A stretch of 64,000 bases of DNA, from the IMG/VR virus record IMGVR_UViG_3300046501_000246; one strand, given 5' to 3'. Every line of letters starts with the position of its first letter. Position 1 is the first letter of the stretch. The notes beneath the pieces were generated by a model. It saw only the letters and a list, made by a program, of their open reading frames with translations. It did no database searches and was not told where the DNA came from. The translations under genes and the position numbers were made by a program. The DNA is from a virus. This document shows positions 59,900 through 64,000 of the stretch, piece by piece.

Positions 59900-61639
59900 A
59901 TGACAATAAAAATTGACAGACTGAACGGGCTTTATGTTGCGCGATGCACCTATGAAGAACGCTTAATTCTAAAACGCGTAGGCTTTAAATTTAATGGTAC
60001 TCGTTGGGTCACTGAAAATGATGACACGGCTAGGAAGCTTTATGATAACTGCGTCGATGCGGCAAAAGAACGTCTCGATAACTTAGACGAAATCAAGCGC
60101 CAACTCGTAGAGGCTAGTTTCGCAGATGATTATGACGGACACCTTCTTGCACCCGATGGCCTGACCTACCTCCCGTTCCAGCGCGCCGGTATTGCGTATG
60201 CGCTGGAACGCCCTGATACATTGATCGCAGACAGTCCCGGCCTTGGCAAGACGGTTCAAGCCCTTGGCGTTATCAATAACTTATCCGACGTAAAGAATGT
60301 TCTACTTGTTGTGCCTGCCTCGCTCAAACTTAATTGGGAGAAAGAGGCAAAGAAATGGGTCAGACCTGAACTAGGCCTGACCATTGGCACCGCTCATACC
60401 AAACCTAAAATCATTATTGATGCCGAAGGCACAAAGAAATCCATAACGGAATACATTTGGCCCGACGATAATATTGTAATTATTAATTACGATATGTTGG
60501 AGCAGTTTCATGACGAGGTAAGATCGCGCAAGTGGGATGTTCTGGTCTGTGACGAGGCTCACGTTCTAAAAAATAAAGAAGCCCGCAAGACCAAGCAAGT
60601 CATTGGTTACGAGGGAAAGCGTCGTAAAGATAAAATCAGCGCTATTGAAGCTATCAAGAGAATTTTCCTGACCGGCACTCCTATCCTCAACAAGCCGCTC
60701 GACATGTTCTGCGTCATTTCAGCGTTTGGTTTTGAAAACGTATTTGGCAATTACATTAAATTTATCAAGAAGTTTTGCGCCGCGTTTGAAACCCCTTGGG
60801 GCCATTGGGATACGACTGGCACAGACAATTTGGAAGAGTTTCAAGAACTTCTCCGCAGCACGTTTATGATTCGTCGCCACAAGAACGATGTGTTGAAAGA
60901 GCTTCCGCCTAAGCGCAGACAGATTATCACTCTACCTCAAGACGGCCTTTCCAGACTTGTCAAGAAAGAAAAGCAAATCTTTCAAGATAATTTGAAAAGC
61001 CTTATGATCCTAAACGGCGAAAAGACCGAAGCAGATTACGAGGAAATGACTGACCTTCAACTCAGGCATCTTATTGATAATATTCACGAAAGAACAAAAA
61101 ATTTCAGTGATGTAGAAGACTTTGATAATTATGAGGCGACCCACTTCGAAGCCATCGCCAATGCCAGAGAAGAAATCGGCTTAGCCAAACTTCCTATGAT
61201 GATTGAATATATCAGGTCATTGTTAGAGAGTGGCGAGAAAGTAGTTGTGCTGGTGATCCACAGAACTGTGGCCCACAGAATAGCGGATGCGTTTGAAGGC
61301 AGCGTAAAATTCATTGGTGGCATGAGCGACAAGGAGAAAAACGCTTCAGTTGAACGTTTTCAAACCGATCCTGATTGCCGAGTTTTTGTCGGTAATATCA
61401 ATGCGGCTGGCGTGGGCATCACATTGACTGAGGCGTGGAACTTGGTCATGGGAGAGCTTTGTTTCGTACCAGCATTGTTGGAACAGGGCGAAGATAGAAT
61501 TCATAGAATCGGCCAAACCGCGCATGCCCTGATTCACTATCTCATTGTTTCCGGTTCGTTGGAAGAACGGTTGATGGAGATTGTGTTAGAGAAGCTAGAA
61601 ATGATTCACGTCGCATTAGATAGGAAGAAAAATGTCTGA
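59900..61639 (+). CDS. SNF2/SMARCAL1-like helicase
   Basis: LPFQ, ADSPGLGKT, VVPASL..NW, DEAH, LTGTP..N, IRR.K..V..LPPK, GITL.EA, QGEDRIHRIGQ. Confidence 0.9.
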   Translation: MTIKIDRLNGLYVARCTYEERLILKRVGFKFNGTRWVTENDDTARKLYDNCVDAAKERLDNLDEIKRQLVEASFADDYDGHLLAPDGLTYLPFQRAGIAYALERPDTLIADSPGLGKTVQALGVINNLSDVKNVLLVVPASLKLNWEKEAKKWVRPELGLTIGTAHTKPKIIIDAEGTKKSITEYIWPDDNIVIINYDMLEQFHDEVRSRKWDVLVCDEAHVLKNKEARKTKQVIGYEGKRRKDKISAIEAIKRIFLTGTPILNKPLDMFCVISAFGFENVFGNYIKFIKKFCAAFETPWGHWDTTGTDNLEEFQELLRSTFMIRRHKNDVLKELPPKRRQIITLPQDGLSRLVKKEKQIFQDNLKSLMILNGEKTEADYEEMTDLQLRHLIDNIHERTKNFSDVEDFDNYEATHFEAIANAREEIGLAKLPMMIEYIRSLLESGEKVVVLVIHRTVAHRIADAFEGSVKFIGGMSDKEKNASVERFQTDPDCRVFVGNINAAGVGITLTEAWNLVMGELCFVPALLEQGEDRIHRIGQTAHALIHYLIVSGSLEERLMEIVLEKLEMIHVALDRKKNV

Positions 61640-62427
61640 CGATCATGTATTTAAACTTCTTATTTTCATTTTGGCGAAGAGGAATGGCGGAACATTGGTT
61701 ATCGACAAGTTTGACTTGTTGCAATTTTCTCCCTCGGTGACAGAAAGACTTTACTTCAACGAAGACAGGGAACATCAACACTGGATATTGGAAGTCAGAG
61801 ATGTATAGAAAAAGAAGTGAATGCCGGTGCATGTGTCACACATTGGGAGGAATGCACTTCGTTGCGTGTTGCGTCCCTGATGAATATTTCAAAACAGAGG
61901 AAATTAAAGAAGATGAAGTTCAAAGAAAACGTTGAACCACTGGTCACGTCAGAATTTTTCTATGACCTGTTTGATGGCGGCTATATCGAGCCCTCCGATC
62001 TTTTGGTTGCCGAAGATGCGAAGCGCGTCAACGAAGCTGTCAGGCTCATCCTAGAATTTAGGGATAGGTTGGAAGAAGAAGGCATTATGGAATATTGCTG
62101 ATGAAGTTTAGAAAGTATGATAAGACGTGGGTTGATATGGACGCGGATTTTGATTTCTATGGCCTATTAGCCGAAGAGTCAGGCGTCCCACGTCGTGCCG
62201 CAAAGCTTCTTTTTTGGAACGTGGTATACCATGCCAATGACTTGAGGCTAGGCGCGGCGGCTCAGGAAGTTAGAATTGACGAAATCTTGCCAGAGGATGG
62301 TGCTAAATATTCCCTTACAGGGAGCTACGTCAGACCCATTGCAACGCATTACATTATAGAGCGCATGAGAGTTTTGGATAAATTAGGCAAAATTAATTAC
62401 GAAATGTCTGTTGACAGCCGAATCTAA
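61632..62427 (+). CDS. Four short CDS
   Basis: Hand-translated 61632-61808 and 61801-61935 (Cys/His-rich); 61913-62101; 62095-62427. Confidence 0.6.
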
Positions 62428-62439
62428 AACGACTATATC
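62411..62439 (+). promoter_or_regulatory. Promoter for the TAXI-like gene
   Basis: TTGACA 62411-16, N17, TATATC 62434-39 (CTATAT). Confidence 0.75.
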
Positions 62440-62486
62440 AACAATGCGTAAACGAATTCCGCATCAACTAACTAAGGAGATATTGT

Positions 62487-63398
62487 ATGATTAAGAAAAT
62501 GATTTTGGGTGCTGCTCTCGCTCTTGCCACAATGGCTGGAACTGCTGCAATGGCTCAGGAAACCCCCACGCTGAAGTTTTGCTCCGGCACTAAGGGTGGA
62601 GTTTATGACTTTACCGCTGAAGTACTGAAGCAGCAACTTGCCGGTACGGTGAATGTTGTCAACGTCAATACCGAAGGATCGGGAGATAATCTCAAGAAGA
62701 TCGCTAGTGGCGATTGCGATGCATCTATGGCGCAGAGTGATGCTCTATATCTGTATGGCAAGGAAAATCCGAACGCTCTCGATCTGATCGTTCTGGAAAG
62801 TAACCTTTACACCGAGTATTTCCACCTGATTTGTAATCGAAAGTCTGGTGTGACGCAGTTCTCCGATCTTAACAAGAGCACTGTTGTTTACTCTGGTGGG
62901 AAAGACTCTGGCCATGCTATTACGCTTCGTGGCCTCATCGCGGCTGACGTGGAAAATGGCGGCGCGGATTACAAGGAAGTTCCAATCGATAATGGCGGCG
63001 GCGCAGCTGCTTTGATTAAGCTGAACGGCGGTAAGGGTGCTTGCCTCGCTTATACAGGCGCTCCGGGTGGCAAGTTCGTTACTGGTGAAGCATCTAAGTT
63101 CGCTGAAACTCTGGTCCTTGTGCCGGTAGAAGATAAGGACTTCAACGACGCGGAATACACCGACTCCAATGGTGTGAAGCAGTCGGTTTGGACCAACGTG
63201 GTAATGCCTTATAGTTCTTATGGCAAGCTCATGCCTTCCGGTACGTTCGGTCGTAAGGATGTCAATACCATGGGTGTCGCGTCTGAAATCGTTATCTCTT
63301 CGGCATGGTCCACAGCAAATCCCGATGCCTTTGGCGAAGTAGGTCTCTCGATCCCCGACGTGAAGAATTTGGTCCGCTCGACCAAGAAGCTTCAGTAA
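62487..63398 (+). CDS. TAXI-family TRAP transporter solute-binding protein-like
   Basis: Signal peptide ending AMA-Q; SG..GG.Y, TEGSGDN, AQSD, LY.EYFHL, GGKDSG. Confidence 0.75.
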   Translation: MIKKMILGAALALATMAGTAAMAQETPTLKFCSGTKGGVYDFTAEVLKQQLAGTVNVVNVNTEGSGDNLKKIASGDCDASMAQSDALYLYGKENPNALDLIVLESNLYTEYFHLICNRKSGVTQFSDLNKSTVVYSGGKDSGHAITLRGLIAADVENGGADYKEVPIDNGGGAAALIKLNGGKGACLAYTGAPGGKFVTGEASKFAETLVLVPVEDKDFNDAEYTDSNGVKQSVWTNVVMPYSSYGKLMPSGTFGRKDVNTMGVASEIVISSAWSTANPDAFGEVGLSIPDVKNLVRSTKKLQ

Positions 63399-63399
63399 A

Positions 63400-63796
63400 A
63401 TGTTCTCGGACTATAAGATTGAAGGTGAAGGCGGCGAAAGTCGCCTTCATTTTTCCGTTAGGGAAGAGTTGAGAAAGCAGATACTTAGGGCCTCTGCCAA
63501 ATTTATAAGGCCACGGCTTGACTTTGTTTATAACGAAAAAACTCATATGCTGACATATACTATCACAGAAACGGCACATTTAAATGACGAAGAAAAGAAA
63601 TGTTTACGTATGGGTGGATAGACCCACCGCAACCGTCATCGTCCATAAGAATATATCATCATTCTTAGATTTTGAAGGACGATTGACAGTTGAATACAAT
63701 TTCTACAAAGAAGCGCAGTGGGGCGCTGACAAGTACGACAAAGCAGTTTATCCCGCTGGCACTTATCTCAGGTACGAAGTTAGATACGAGGAGTAA
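63400..63796 (+). CDS. Two short hypothetical CDS
   Basis: 63400-63621 and 63584-63796. Confidence 0.6.
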
Positions 63797-63800
63797 AAAA

Positions 63801-64000
63801 GTGAAACAATTGATTCGTCTTGAATTTGGCTCATCGCTTTACGGGACGCGCACTCCTGAAAGCGACACTGATTATAAGGGCGTTCACGTTCCGGAAGCTC
63901 GCGATTTGATTATGCAAGACGCGGCTCGTGTTATCTCCAATTCAACCGGTAGTGATAAGACGAAGAACACTAAAGAAGATGTAGACGACGAAAGTTTCTC
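63801..64000 (+). CDS. Nucleotidyltransferase (RlaP/PF10127-like), partial
   Basis: GTG after gaggag; hand-translated FGSSLYGTRTPESDTDYKGV; truncated by the window edge. Confidence 0.75.
   Translation, partial: MKQLIRLEFGSSLYGTRTPESDTDYKGVHVPEARDLIMQDAARVISNSTGSDKTKNTKEDVDDESF

Noticed and set aside
1-64000. tRNA genes, rRNA and CRISPR arrays
   Set aside because: No cloverleaf with a T-loop GTTCRA context and no regularly spaced direct repeats were seen by eye; tRNAscan-SE and a CRISPR finder would confirm

Overview
64 kb of a large, probably lytic dsDNA phage genome. It is a dense accessory and metabolic region with no structural genes, tRNAs or CRISPR arrays seen. Promoters of the TTGAC(A/T)-N17-(GC/C)TA type suggest an alphaproteobacterial, rhizobia-like host (inference). 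There are four strand blocks: minus 1-15240, plus 15321-38830, minus 38943-39986 and plus 40061-64000. Both divergent switches carry face-to-face sigma70-type promoters with overlapping -10 boxes, and the convergent switch has two terminators. Recognisable genes: AEP primase-SF3 helicase fusion, DNA ligase, SNF2 helicase, rIIA/rIIB, catalytic-only tyrosine recombinase, two NAD+ routes (pnuC plus nadR-like; NadM-NUDIX plus NAMPT), a dispersed RNA-repair set (three RNA ligases, split PNK kinase and HAD phosphatase, cyclic-phosphate receiver domain, nucleotidyltransferases), HD alarmone hydrolase-like protein, deaminase, ATP-grasp, HslV-like peptidase, class II aaRS-like core and a TAXI solute-binding protein. 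The best candidates for undescribed systems are (1) a coiled-coil protein plus a half-degenerate ClpB-like ATPase plus a membrane protein (5917-10391) and (2) a miniature MotA/TolQ/ExbB plus Asp-TM partner plus membrane protein operon (26863-28339). Several promoters are also embedded in inverted repeats, including one RBS-sequestering switch. All family calls come from motif recognition by eye; no searches were run.
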